Shown piece by piece: positions 38,479 to 52,136 of a stretch of DNA of 64,000 nt (its first letter is position 1; each line of letters starts with the position of its first letter). Location of the stretch: the NCBI GenBank assembly GCA_002633005.1, contig NMRA01000268.1:130585-194584 (forward strand), written 5' to 3'. The position numbers and the translations under genes were made by a program. A model generated the notes under the pieces. The model was not told the origin of the DNA. It saw nothing but the letters and a program-made list of their open reading frames with translations, and did not search any database. The DNA is from Phoronis australis (taxonomy: Eukaryota > Animalia > Phoronida).

Positions 38479-41400
38479 TTCTCTTAAAATTGCGAGTGAA
38501 CGGCGAAAACAGTGCTTCAAAAATAAATTGATGCCATCATAAGATCAGTGACTGAGTCCGTGGCTGCGGGTTGCTTGGACACAGAAATGTACAGATTATT
38601 GATGGTTTTAGTTTTTATCCCGCGGATGTCGGCTTCCCTGGTCAGTCAATGCCGGCCGCATGATCGCCGTTAGGAACAATTTGCAATTGTAATGGAATTA
38701 GATTTTAATTAAAATTGCAATTAACTGATTTTTTCCTTGATATCGAGGTCTTACTCATGGTGTAAATACTGGCCATGGGGTTCACTTCGTAAAAACGTGG
38801 TTGGCCTTGCAAATTACTGGATTAATTAGTGAAATCAATGGCAATTTCAACCAAAACTAGATGTTTATGATTTTTTAGAAATAGTGTAGAGAAATACTAA
38901 TACTTTGAATAAATTTTTCACGAAAATCTTTTCATTATTTCTTCAGATTAATCCGGCCAACTTGGCTTATTTTTGTCGTTAGACGTCGCATTGCAGCAAC
39001 CAGTGGAACTCAGCCAGTCTCAATTGCCTGTTCTTACGACTTCGATTTGAAATCACATCAAATTTGGCTGATAAACATTTCGACACCTGTCATACACGAA
39101 TGTTATACCTATAACTGTTTGATTCAATTGCACTTGTCACTATAATAAATAAATACTAATACTATACGCCAATAATTGGTTGAATATATTGATTGCACGA
39201 GTGCTACCACCGACACAGTTTTAGTGTTGCGTCTTGGAGATTGTCGAAATGGCTCCTCGTATTCCCGTTTAATGATGGTCGGGCTCACGCATTCGTGTTA
39301 CCAGAATGTATGCTATTAACGAATCTGGCGATGTCTTCCAGCATATAAGTAGTTGTTGTGTTGTGTACCTGCAACGATTGTAGGTTGGATTGACCAATAT
39401 TGCGGTTTGGATTGTTTAGGAAGGTCACGCTTCAACATTCCTACATAGACCCATAGATCTCCTCACTGTCGTCACCGATTGTGTGGTGGTTCGTTGGCTA
39501 TGCGAAAACTGTATGGGGTGCGTTCCGTAAGAGTATAAGGCACTAGCGAATAGACCTAATGTCTTAACTTGCTTCGATTGTAATTCATAGTGATATCTCC
39601 CGAAGACCGTTTTTCTCGCAAAAATATACCAGAGAACGCAGCTTGCGTTTCACTAAATGGACACTAAAACCATTGCCTTCGGTCAACTTTTGATTTTGAC
39701 CACTGACTGTTACAAAACCGTTGTCTCCTTGTTCCTTGCTATTATTAAACGGTAACTAGGCTCAAGGAGATCTGACAGGTCGTTACTACTTCTGAGCAGG
39801 CCTATTAGGTTATGTAGGACCATAGAATAATGTCCAATTGTGGCCAACTTCAGAACATCATATCGAATTCTCATGAAATTTTCAGGTGCTACGCTTTATG
39901 CAATGTAAGCGTGTTGAGAATTGTTTTTAAAATATTCCACTTTTCCATGAAGGGCTATCAAAACTATTTATGATTTTTGTGAAAAAAAATAGTTTCATTA
40001 AACGAAAACGAAACGATAATTTAGAAAACCGCAACAGCATTTTTGATAATTTATTATGCTATTTATTCTGTTGTTTTGCTATGCATGCGCTTGTCCTTTC
40101 TTTTTTACCAAAAAATATGGTCACGTGACCTAACAGTTGGCAGATTAGTACAAAGTCAAAAATCCTATTCTCAGAATTTCTGCTTTCACAAAATTCATGT
40201 ATATACTTTTGCCGAGTTAAATTCTCCAGTTTTGTAGATATTTGGCCAGATGTACAGTCTTGTGGTCAAGGTCCACATGACTTGAAGTTGTTTCTCACGG
40301 CGGGTTCAATTGCCAATGCCGCACGGCATTCTGGAGAATTTCAAATATTTTTTATAACGAATTTCAACTCAAATAATGACTAAAAAAGGCTTCGAAGGTG
40401 CAAATACGCCTGTGAAGAGAGTGAATGTTTTCAACATCAAACATAGTTCACAGCTACATTCAATATTTGAGTTATTCTGTCTTGCTACGATATTTTACCC
40501 CATCTAGCCACAAACGATGTTTCCCATTATCTTATTGGCTAACGATTAACGTGGAGTGAACCTGGAAAATTCTTTCAGCTATGAGTTGCAAATGCGGACG
40601 TCAAAGTTGATTCATAAATCCAATCGAATTCTTCACAAAGTGACGCTAAGGGCTTTCCGTGTTTACGATTACCTCCACGTGTGCGCATCGGTTCTGCTCC
40701 CCGATCATGAATATTTAAATAGTTGATAGTTCGAGGACAATTGAATTAAAACGTGCAAGTTTCCAACAGTTGCTGAACGTTTGTTAAGAGGTGGGCATCA
40801 AATGTCATATGTAAAGCTATTATGAACCTGAACAATTATCAAATTTACAATTACCCAAGATATTCAGTGTGAATTCAATTGGCGGAAAAAACATAGAAAT
40901 TGAGTGAAAGGAAACGCTTTAATTACTAAATAATTTACTACCTATAGCATGCTCTTTACAGGAAATCACTAATAAAACATGATATCTCGTCGGCATCATC
41001 TATAAACCATAACTTGGAGATACAGACGCGTAAACCATTCATTGTTCAATGCTGAAAATAAGCACTACCAACAATTAGAGACGAAACTTTGTTTTAGAAT
41101 TCATAATACCGGTCGTCAATGGCACTAAATGGAATCATAATCGTATGGGAAACTGAAAACTTTGGCTTCGTTCCTCTCTGCAGCATATGGTTTACTGTTA
41201 TAGCTTTACAAGAGACTTGGCCAATTACTGAAAGTAATTTTAATTTGAACGGTTAGGCGTGTTTCGTTAAAGATAGACAAAAGCATTGTAAATAATTAGT
41301 ATAAGAAATTCTGCTGAAGTACTAAAGTTTTTTTAAAAATCTATAGCATCGGCTCATACATATCTGAAAATTTGTTGGCTATAAAAGTATTGCTTGAAAA

Positions 41401-42254
41401 AGATGAAACGCCAAGTATTGTTTTTATTGTATATATGTACCACCTATAACTCAAAGTGTGGCAATGAATCTATGTTGGAAAATTTGTGTTTGACTGTGTC
41501 ATTAGCATTGAGTTTGAATGTAATACTGTTGCATACGTCGTTTTACAGAGGCAGTTGACTGCAATGCAAATCAGTACAGCTTCGCATTGCAAATAGATGG
41601 GCGGGTAACGACGAGGGTATAGGTCGCACAACGCGTGCAGCTAATAATGGGGTGTATAGATTACGTCATTGTGTCTCAGACCTTATTACCGTTTTTTACA
41701 ATTTTTCAGTAGGAAACAGGTACATTCAGACCATTAACCACATGAATTCAAGTTAAGTATCACTGTTCCCAATAGTACTAACCAAGATAGTACTAGCATT
41801 GACCCGGTAGAAAATGCAATAGGAAGAGGTTAAAACGGAAAGATATTCTTAGGAGAATAGAGCTCTACTGAAAGTGTAGCACAGCTTGCTTCCATGTAGG
41901 ATATGCTCAGTAATAATCAAGTGGACGAAGCTTTAAACCATTTTGTACAATGTGATCAAACACCATGCACCCTAAGCTAGCATGACGTATACAACACTTC
42001 GGAACTCCCGAAAAATGCAAAGCATTAGGTCGACCATGAATGTCATAAATGCAAACTTGAAAACATTTGCGAGGATACAGACGCTGCCCTTAGATTCAAA
42101 GTTTGTCTGTTTACAAAGAATAGAAGAAAGTTTACAAAACAGCCTAATGATTAAAACGAAACAATTCTGAACGAGCAAGCAACGTAAAAAGAAAATGACA
42201 GTAAGAAGTTTAAAAAAATGCTGACTGAAACCCGGTGCATTTCAAAGTGTATAC

Positions 42255-42480
42255 TCAGATACGAGTAAAACAAAAATAATAGTATTTAGAAATAGTGGTT
42301 ATCTTTGGCGATATACGAAAATAGTTTTTTAAATGGTAGCTAGGCAGGGGTAACACCAAATTACAGTTACTTATGTACTCACTTTACGGTCAAAGTTATA
42401 TGGACAACAGCTCCAAAGAAAGTGGCAGGGAAAGCTTGCAAAACATCATTTGTGTAAAGGAGGCATATGAGAACTTTTCA
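42255..42480 (+). mobile_element. Degraded LINE RT C-terminal fragment
   Basis: TSKTKIIVFRNSGYL matches the N..KTK.xVFR.GG motif downstream of the RT core in CR1/L2-type LINEs. Confidence 0.5.
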
Positions 42481-43529
42481 CTTTTGCCATATGTACTTTG
42501 GTTGAAACTGCTAAAATATTACCAATTTTCATGTCAGTGCTCGATTTGGCGACCAGTGCGACCTCAAATTTTGTTTCGCGACCTAGGAAAAATCCAAAGT
42601 CTCCATGAAGTCGTCAGTGCAAGTATCAAAGTCAGACAATATTGACAGGAATTTTTCCGAAATTTGTTTCTTTCAAACTATAAATTTGTAATGATTTTAT
42701 TAGATATAACAGGTTTATTTCGAGAAATCAGTCCTTAAATTACAGCAGGAAATAAAGAGCTAAAAGTGGTAAATTTTCGGCAAAAATCTGGCAAGATTGA
42801 TGAAATAGGCGCCTCCAGTTTATGCGATAGTCTACGTTCTGTCGTCGTTGGCAGGAGGGACTGAGTTAAAGGTTGAATGGTACTTATGGTTTACGGGGAG
42901 AAATTGAATCGATGTGCGGGTATGCGGCGGAACTTTTTGAGAACGGAGCCGGCACAACCCTTTTTTTTCGATTCCGACGCCACCTTTAGCGACCTCAGAT
43001 TTCGTTTGGCGACCTGGACTGGGTTGCATAAAACTTCACAGTTATCCGCTGGATAAGTTTGATTTTTAGATGACGTCAGGTGCATTGTTCAACAATGACA
43101 ACGTGGCGCGTGATAACGTGACGTCATTGTTGTTATACAGCGTATAACTATTATGCAACTGGGCTCTGGTGCTTTCGTTTTGGCGACCTCACATTTTGTT
43201 TGGCGACCCAAATTTCGAAATAAGTGTGAGCATATTGTGAGAAACATTGGAATAGGAAACTGCTGGAGCAGACCAGTCTCGATTACCAATTGTTAAAAAA
43301 AAAAGATCTAGCAATTGAATATTATGTACCTCCTGTTGAAAACTTTGTTCAGTTATCGAGCGTGAACATATTGAGATGTATGTGAACAATCCAGTTTAAT
43401 GTCAAAAGAAGGTAAAAAACGGGTATTGTATGTTCACAAAGGGTGTGCATTTGCTTTGACTTGTTCTTGAAAATGAACTCCATGTTTTGCTAGTGTGCCC
43501 TGTATATAACGATCCTTGCACACTACAGG

Positions 43530-43890
43530 TTGCTTTTCTTATCCGATCAAAATGAGCTTTACTCTCATAAATGTCTCGAATCCTATTGTGTTTGATTGAA
43601 ATCGGACGCAATATGGAGCTGTGGCGGCCATTTTTCACCTTTTTGGTTTGCAAAGACAGAGCTTTAATGTTTTTAAAAGGATTTTTCTGGTTTTATTGGA
43701 GGATCATTTCAAGAGATATTGGAAATTTGTCGTCCACTTTTCTGTACCTACCGTTTCCGATCGTTTGGGCGAATCGTCTGAAGTTTCATACGTGGATAGA
43801 TCTCTTCAAGGTCTATTTGCGGTGTGTAATCTGGTTTTCGTTACGACTTACCGTTCTCAAGTTATTCGGGATTTTTTGATCAGATGAGTG
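43530..43890 (+). mobile_element. HINE-like repeat fragment
   Basis: Collinear similarity with 33350-33740. Confidence 0.5.
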
Positions 43891-46800
43891 TCCTTTATTC
43901 ACTGAGTCTCAATACGCTTTTGTTGTATAACGTTGGTGTCGGGGTTTCACCGTCGAACTCAATTCAAAAATTTTCATTGGATTTAGCTCTTCAGAGCGCT
44001 TTCCGTTTAGTATTATTCAATTTCTCGACCCACTCAAAGCGCTTTCTGTTGTTTACTTATAATCCGGCTTTAGACTTTATTTGCACGATTAAGCGCTTAT
44101 TTTTGTACGGATTAGCTTAGACTTTCTTTATATTTTTTACCACAAAGCTATTGATTTTGATGAGAATTAGGTGAATGACGGTTCAGTTGGCATTTGCTTC
44201 CAAATGACGAGTCCGGCTGGTTCCCGATTGACAAGAGGATGTAATTAGTTTTACCTCTTTTGGCAGGGAACCAAAACTGTTGAGGCTTTCTAACGCAAAT
44301 ATCACTAAAATATTATCTATTAAACAAGCGCAGGTCTTTACTAAACTGTGTATTTCTGTGCAGAATTTCCTAGATTAAACATGCAGTGGCTGTAAATATT
44401 CTTAATTTGTCGTTCTTCGGACATTGCTGTTAGATAGCTGCAGATTGCAGTGTAGAAGTTGAAATTGTGAGCACGAAACCTGGCGTAGGCAATAATTTTT
44501 TAGTGATTATTTAACTGAAATAAAATCATGTTCAAACTGCTTGACAATGATTCCTTTAACGGTGATTATTTTTGAAAATTTGCTTAATTTAGTGGAATTT
44601 CGTGGACATATCAATGCAAATTTAAATGAATTACGAACATCGTTGTGTTATTTCAGTATCAAACATCGTTAATGTGGTCATCCCCAATCAACATCATCAG
44701 TGTTGACTGTGATGTTGTCGACGTTGTTTGCGTACGGCGAAAGTGTTTTGGTTTGCAACAGCATTGCATTTTGCATTGGTGTCATCAGATTTTCGTTGTC
44801 GAACGGTACCGGCTGCGGTGTCATCGGAGGTTTGTAATGGGGCACAGGACACTTCTCGATGGATTTTGCCTTGCAAATCATGCATCAATATGATTCTAGA
44901 TTGTTTGAGGGCTACTTGAAATTGCAGCCACAATTGCAACAGGGGGCCCCATCTTGAAGAAAAGTGCATCTACAGACGAACAAGTGGCCTTTTCTCGTTC
45001 CCAACATGTTCACAAACACAAAACAATATTCATATTAACCGTACAGTGCCACTTATAGGTGTCAAATTTGCTCTGGCCTCGTCAGCGTTGATAGTCGTTG
45101 CATCTACTAGATACGCCAACGTTGCTGACATCTTCATGAGATGTGAGTTGCAGTGCTCACATCATGCTGTCAGGATCCGAGGGCGACATATCGATGAGCG
45201 GCAGATATACAGGTTTGGTGTTGGTGGACTGACCTTGTTGACTACTATGGGCCGTGCTGTAACCATTGAACTCTGGGCATGTTTTATGGACAATTAAATA
45301 TTCCAAAAAGCTGTGTCGTTCTGGTCTGCTCTTTTCCTTGACAAAATTGTATGGGCAAGAACGTTTACTAACAGCTTTAACTTTTTATTTAACTATTTTT
45401 AACCCAATTTAGGTCCAATTTTGGTTATATTTGGCCATTTGTGGCCGTTATCTTGATTTCTAGGCATTATACAGTGTTGACGAGGGTGGCAGTGAATTGT
45501 GGATACCGGAAAACATGTGAGAGGACATGTTATGCATGTCTGAGTCTCATCTATAGCGACGATATGAGCTAAAGTAGATTTCGCCAATTCTATGGCGGCC
45601 ATCTTGGATTAAATCCCTTGGACAAAATTGCACAAGGCTGACACTATGTCACCCGTCAGTTTCTGAAAGTATATAAGTATTAGACATAGATAATAAACAA
45701 TAAAACAAACTTGATACGCCAAGTTCATGTCAAGCCAATATATGCCGTTTGTCTGTCGGTGTATCATTCACAGTTTCGGCTACGATTCTGTCATCAATAT
45801 CGTGGTCTCTTCTGTCAATGGCGACTCGCCGATAGTCGTTAATGTCGTCTTCAGAAAAAGCGGTGTCGTTTTGATGGAAACAACGTCGTGCTCTATTTTT
45901 GGCGGTTGCTAAAGAGTCGCAGTCACAGCCATTGCTCGGTGTCGTTGCCAGGGCTATCTGGATTACGTTGTCAGTATTTCGTTACAAATTGTGCATAATT
46001 ACCATAAGTACTTGAAGGATAATGCATATATACTCTTTGCGATCATCAATGCATGTGTCCGTATGAAGTGATGCGCGCGCTTTCGAAGAAAATTCAGTTG
46101 ACGTTCTTTCTAAAAATTAATTGAAAGTGATAATTTATCCAACAAATCGGCCTCATAAACCCATTTTTGCTATTCATCCGATAAATTTTCATCGACCTCA
46201 TTAGTCAATGTATGTCACCATATCCAATCGCTACAAAGTCCGTTGATTTCAAATAAACGCAGTACGGATTACACATTTGCAATTTTGCCCTTACGGACAC
46301 ATGGAAATGTCCGCTCTTTTATTTAAGTGGCCCAGAGATTAAAAGGCATCATAAACACTCATCATGCGTGACTTTATCGTGATCTGCAGTTTTGTCGTAG
46401 TTGTTGACCCAATGTCCAGGCACAGAGTTGCTTACAGCATCATCGGTGTTGTTGTCAGCGGCAGCGTCATCACCGATGTCTTTGTCGTGGTCGAGATATC
46501 AGTATTCTTGTTTTCATTGTCAACCTCAATTTTAATTTCTCCACGTGTTGCTCTTCAGACAGCTTTCGTTTCTTATTTCCTCGAAAACACTATGAACATC
46601 CAAATAACACAATAAAAGCAACTGTGTTACTTTTTGTGTACAACCCAAACCAATAAAATTTTAGTTATTCTAAATCCATAAAAAGACATTTACTAACGCC
46701 GACATAAGAAAATTAGTGACCAAGGAAATATAATTTACGCCGGTGAAACATAAAACTGACATCGCACAACGAAAATTAAATTGTTTTCAAAAGAAGTGTC

Positions 46801-48217
46801 TTTTCAATAACCCGTGGGAATTTCAAATTTTGTCAAAAAAGGTGACTTTGTTTAGGCGGCAGTAACTGAAAATTTATTGGTAGTAGGCAAAAATCAAAAT
46901 AAAAAGCATGATTTTTTTAAATTTAACAAATCAAAACTGTGTCGAGCTCCCGGTTGATACCGTTCATAATTCTGTCCTTTATCCAGAACAATAATATTAG
47001 AAGCCTTGCATGGTCGTAAATACAAAGCTCCCTTTACTTTAAATAATGTGAATACATAACGAAAACACAAATGCGGTCCAAACCTCCACTCAAACTTTGC
47101 CACTTGTTATTTCCTTCAGTGCTATTCCTATCGGCGCTAAGAAGACCTGAAAAACATGCTCTTGTAATGGTTTGCTGTGAGTTTCCTCATCATGAAATTA
47201 ACTGCAGGAAGACGACTAGCTGCGAGCTGAGCTATCGTGAAAAACAATTTAATCAACGTCATTTTCTTGCGTCATTCAAAGGCTTTTGTAACAAAGAGAA
47301 GTCAGGTGAGTATCGTGCACTTGAAAACAGTATGCTAGTGACACGAGCACGCGCCATTTGCTAATTTTTTGCGACATCTTTCGGGATATGGATATGATAA
47401 CAGCTTCCCCGAAGCCAATTTTGCTCGCGAATACGGTTTGGTGAAAATAAAATATTAAAAACGTACAAACCAATTCCGGTAATCTGCTGTGAACTGTGTG
47501 CAACCTTGTGGAAGAACAGTTGATGGAAGAGAAATTGACCAATAGGCGACGCTCTGTTTCGTCAAAACCGACACAAATCTAACAGTAAAATAAGAGTAGA
47601 AAGGCAATAGTTTGGCACTGGCAAATAATTTAGTTTACTCAAGGAAGAGTGCAGTTTAGTCACATTGATTTTATTTTATGTTAGATTTTGTGGCCATGTT
47701 TTGCCCACATCATCCTATACAACTTTGCACCAAGGTTAGTGCAGCCAGTGTCTCTGTCTTCAGCTAAATCCAGCTGCCTTCATCCCCAGCAGTCAGTGGC
47801 GGAGTGAGATTGTCTAGCTCCCGTGGTTTGGCTACACACTGGAATACTCCTACGTCTGAGGCGGACTGCGTAAAACTTAAATGTCCTCCCGATATGCGTG
47901 ATGGCGTGATTGTTGCATGAAGATCTGTGCAATGGCAACTCAGCGCGTGACAATGCAACGTCATTGTTGCTATCCATCGTAAAACGTCGATGCAACCGGG
48001 CCCTATCATCTTTTTCGTGAAAAGTAACTTGGAGACTCAAGTTAGAAATTTGGTGTTATGCTCCACACAATTATTCTTGAAAAATAATTAAGTCTAAGTC
48101 TCTCTTAGGCAAAAATACACAGTCTTCTAACTATTTTATAAATTATTTCTAGGTATTACATGGCTGAATCCTTGTTTCTGTAATACGTCCTAAGTCATGT
48201 TTTATGAAAAGGGATCC

Positions 48218-48855
48218 TGGGGCCCGTTTCATGACACCTTGCCAATTTGTTTCTTCATCGTTTCATGAAATGTCTCAAGACCAAAATTAAGACCGTAAGC
48301 GGCTTAAATTAAGAATGAAAGTTAGCCTGCTACGCAGTACGCTTAAGATAGGAATTTTGGTCTAAATGACCAGACTTTACGACTGTCTTCGTTGAAAATT
48401 GTTGAGGAACAAATTTCGTTGATATCTTTTCAATGTTCTAGAATCAAATGGCTCCAAACAATTTCAAATTTAGGACCGCCTGTTTTGGATTCGAGTACGT
48501 CCAAAGCATCACAGTGGTTGGGCAATGTAGTGGGACATACCTGCACGTCTTAAATGACGTTTTCCAGCCATAGCACTCTTCTCAAGTATAGGAGATCACA
48601 ATTGTATCTAAAACGAAGATAAACCCCCCAATTAAAGTTTCAAGCTCAAAATTATACCTGAAACGGAATTTTACACGTCACCTTGCGACTATTTTCCATC
48701 TCAGTTAAGACCAAAGAACGAAAACTAACGTTTTGTTCATGAAATGGTCGTTTCTGAATTTTCGTTTTTAGTATTGATTTAACCTGAATTTTGGTCATAA
48801 ATTAGACAAATTTTTTAAGTCATCAGTCAAGTGATTTTTCATGAGACGGGTATTT
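48218..48855. mobile_element. MITE (~640 bp)
   Basis: Ends ggggcccgtttcatga ... tcatgagacgggta. Confidence 0.55.
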
Positions 48856-48993
48856 GGTGATTAGCATATGGCAAAACCAAGCCACCTTTGATGAAGTCAA
48901 GTAACGTATTGAGGTACAATATTTTTGCTGATAAGGTGCAGCATCTAGAATGTAAATTGTGTGAATGGGCTCCACTCTTCCGGACATAAGTGC

Positions 48994-49152
48994 TATAAAA
49001 ACTGTTGTGGCGTTTTGCCCAATAGTTTCAGTTCACTCAATTTGAGGAGTATTTTTTAGATCCATGTACTAGTTTGATCAAAGGTAACACCATCTGAATA
49101 AGAAGTGCGCCCCCTTTGGGTTGTAGTTTCAGAGAGTTCCGTACAGGTAAGT
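48994..49152 (+). promoter_or_regulatory. TATA box, initiator and non-coding first exon with strong splice donor
   Basis: TATAAAAA at 48994; TAGTTTCAGTT 29-39 nt downstream; CAG|GTAAGT donor at 49147; only a 2-codon uORF (49064-49072). Confidence 0.55.
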
Positions 49153-49574
49153 TCACTAGTATATAATTAATTTTCCACTTTGTTCCGATAGATAGCAGTG
49201 TTGGATTTGGAATGAGTCAAACGGCTCATCGTATTATGGCATAATCATATAATTGTACATTTGATATTCTTTGTCAAAAAATTACTGCTGTTCAACTTCT
49301 GTCTTATTGAACCTTTCATTTTTGTTGCGCGCCGCACGCTCACTTACGCAGTATAAGGTAAGTGGGCATGCTTACATTCGCCATCAATGGCCATAGTTTT
49401 TCTGAATACAAATTTTCCATTTGAGGACTCACGATATCACGAATTGGGTCCCGACTACAGAAGTTTGTGAAAGTCTTGAAACCAGATAGCGAGTAAAAGT
49501 TTTTAGGAAAAAACAATTTGGTGACTACAAACGAGCTGGCAGTATTTCAGTACACGTAATACGCTTTTGTCATG

Positions 49575-51273
49575 TCCTCATGTACCGAGCGTGGAGTACT
49601 TGAAATAATATCCCACGAGACATTATTTCGCGTATCGACCGAGACCGAAGTATTTATCCCATACGCATCGAATTCGTGAGTTTCTTTTGTTTTCTCGCGG
49701 CATTTTATAAATACTTCACACTGACTACGTGGCTAATCACAACATGTACGTGCGCGTTCTGTTGCTAACTTACTACAGTAAAAGAAAACACTTTTAAATG
49801 TAACGGTTTATTACTTGAAATTGATAAAAAGTTTGAAAACGACAGTTATCGTTCATTGAACTTGTATCATATTTCGAAAATCAATAAATAACATAGGCGG
49901 ATTTAGGGGGGTCCAGGGGGCCCGGGCCCCCNCAGAAGCTGCTGGTAAGATGTGAATTTTAATCGAAGCCTTAGTGAATCACTCAGAAACTCGCAATACT
50001 CTCTTTGTCAAACCTTATCTTAAGACGGTTTCCAAAGCAATCCCTTCATTATTGCCAACACGAAAAATGGATTTGGTCTTTTGGGTATTTGAAGACTATT
50101 TCAAATACGACAAATTTGTTAAGAATTGATGGCACAAAATATAAAACGTGTAATAAGCATTACGAAAAGAAGTAGGTTTCGCGCGCAAACGCTGTGGCCC
50201 ATAAACAAGTAAGTCTTTTGCTATAAAGTCGTAGCGTAATCGTGGTGGTGTAGTGGTAACGTACGCGCGCTCTGTCCGCCAGGTCGTGAGTTCGAGTTTT
50301 TGATACTTGCATTTTTTTCCTGTTTGACATGTTCTCCGTGTTCTTTGTTTTGCCTTTTTTTCTTGGATAATACTTCAGGAATCAAGGAAAATGCTTGATT
50401 TTTAGAGGTAAAAACAGAAAAATTTCCTGGGCGGGAGGGGGNCTCCCCCCATTCGGTGCTATGCGCATCTACATTCGTGGTTCGGTTTGCGCAAATGCTT
50501 CCAACCGGACAAAATGTTGGGCCCCCCCTTGTGATATCCTAGATCCGCCACTGAATAACAAGAAAATTTATAACACTGTAAAATCCTCATCGGGTAGCTG
50601 CACTCATTCATGAAACTAGGTCATTGACCGGAGCGCGTAGCGTACGCGTCGTCTGCTTTCACGAATATGTTATAAGTGCCACCGTTGATGACAGCTCCGG
50701 CGAATATTTGTGTTGTAGCGTTGTTGCAGGTACGTTGTCGCATTTCTACGGATTCTGTAGCCTTGGTACAAAGCTGTATACTAAATATACGACAGTCTGT
50801 TGATACAGTTGGCTGGCTGGCTACGGATTCTGTAGCATGGATAGGTTCACGTGTTGCTGGGACGGTCGTCGTTGCTGCTCGTGTAATACAGTCACCGATA
50901 GTATCGGGTGCTGTCATGGCAAGTGACAACAATGTTTGATGTTGGCGACGAATCGGTGCCTGAGTTGCAGACGATATATCTTAGCAATTGAAAATTGAGA
51001 CAGAACTGTCGTATAATTAATAGTCCTGTTCCAGATGTTACGACTGAGACCTGGTTGCATGTTGAGTGGTATTTACACTGCTACAATTGTGTTACTTTAA
51101 GCTATTTTCCGAAAGTTTGATGATCTAACCGGCTAACGAGGTCGAGTCGATATTGACCTACCTTTTGAACCTTCAATGTCAGAGGTCACTGTTAAAGTAG
51201 TGCGGGAGTTGAATACGGAAAACATTATTACATGGCCGTATTTCCCTCGACAAATTCAACGCGTATGGGATAA
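49575..51273. mobile_element. Non-autonomous long-hairpin element, family A copy 2 (probably Crypton-derived)
   Basis: Same hairpin arm and internal IR as 889-2993. The minus-strand ORF 50621-50932 ends IFAGAVINGGTYNIFV, like the C-terminal tail of Crypton/DUF3504 proteins, and is preceded by a degenerate recombinase-like segment. Confidence 0.6.
49892..50553. mobile_element. hAT-like MITE nested in family A copy 2
   Basis: Ends cataggcggatttagggggg ... ctagatccgccactg; AATAA flanks both sides; internal tRNA-like A/B boxes at ~50243-50297. Confidence 0.65.
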
Positions 51274-52051
51274 ATGGTTTCATACACATTTATTTATCAG
51301 AAACTTCTCGTTTTAGATAACTGACGTCGACTAAACATATTTCACAATCCCAACAATTCAATGTAACGAAGTAATCGTGATCTTGATTTTGGCGCCCCTT
51401 TGCGAATGTCAAATGACACATTCCCACATGACGCTGTTTGAGTTAAAATAGCGGAAAGCGAAGTAGGTGGCACTTTTTTTCATTTCATGATTGCATCAAA
51501 ATAAAACATGAAGGAAAAAATACAGTGGAATCAAATCGCTGAAATTTAAAGTACTCAAAATACAGAAAAAAACATTTACTTACGCCGAAATAAAGGATTC
51601 AGTAAATCGAGAAATACTATTAATGCCGCTAAACACAAAACTGACACTATGCAATGAAATTAGTCCGTTTTTAAATTCATTGATTTCATTAGAGGTGTTT
51701 TTATTAACCTATGTAAATGTGATGCTTTGCCAGAGGTGCATTGCATCCCTTGGGATGGCTTCAGAAAAATCTTGTGTATCCTACAGGTTTGTGACCCGAG
51801 TCACTTTGAAATCGAAACTTTTTAGCAGTTTGTGAAAAGTTTAGTAATTTCCAAATTAAAAAGCAATTACTAAGAGCATCATAATTAACATTGTCATCTG
51901 CCTGTCATCAGCACTACACGTAGAACGCATGCCGAGAATAAATCATTCACAGTTGCACTCGCTACGCAGCGATCAAGTAATAGCTCTTCAATCGAAGCGA
52001 GACGGCGGAATTCCACACAGATTTGAAATCCGTTTTCCGTAGGTACGCGTT

Positions 52052-52059
52052 TATAAAAA
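52052..52059 (+). promoter_or_regulatory. TATA box of the orphan secreted-protein gene
   Basis: TATAAAAAGG ~80 nt upstream of ATG|GTAAGT. Confidence 0.75.
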
Positions 52060-52133
52060 GGACCGCCTTTCTGTCGATTTTATAGAGTGTCGTGTGGTGT
52101 TCAGTGGTGTATCGTCAGCTACTGTGAAGTTAG

Positions 52134-52136
52134 ATG
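52134..52136 (+). CDS. Orphan secreted protein, first coding exon (start codon only)
   Basis: ATG immediately followed by a consensus GTAAGT donor at 52137; phase 0 matches the acceptor at 57925. Confidence 0.75.

Noticed and set aside
41380-41390. TATAAAAG as a promoter
   Set aside because: No convincing initiator, ORF or donor downstream.
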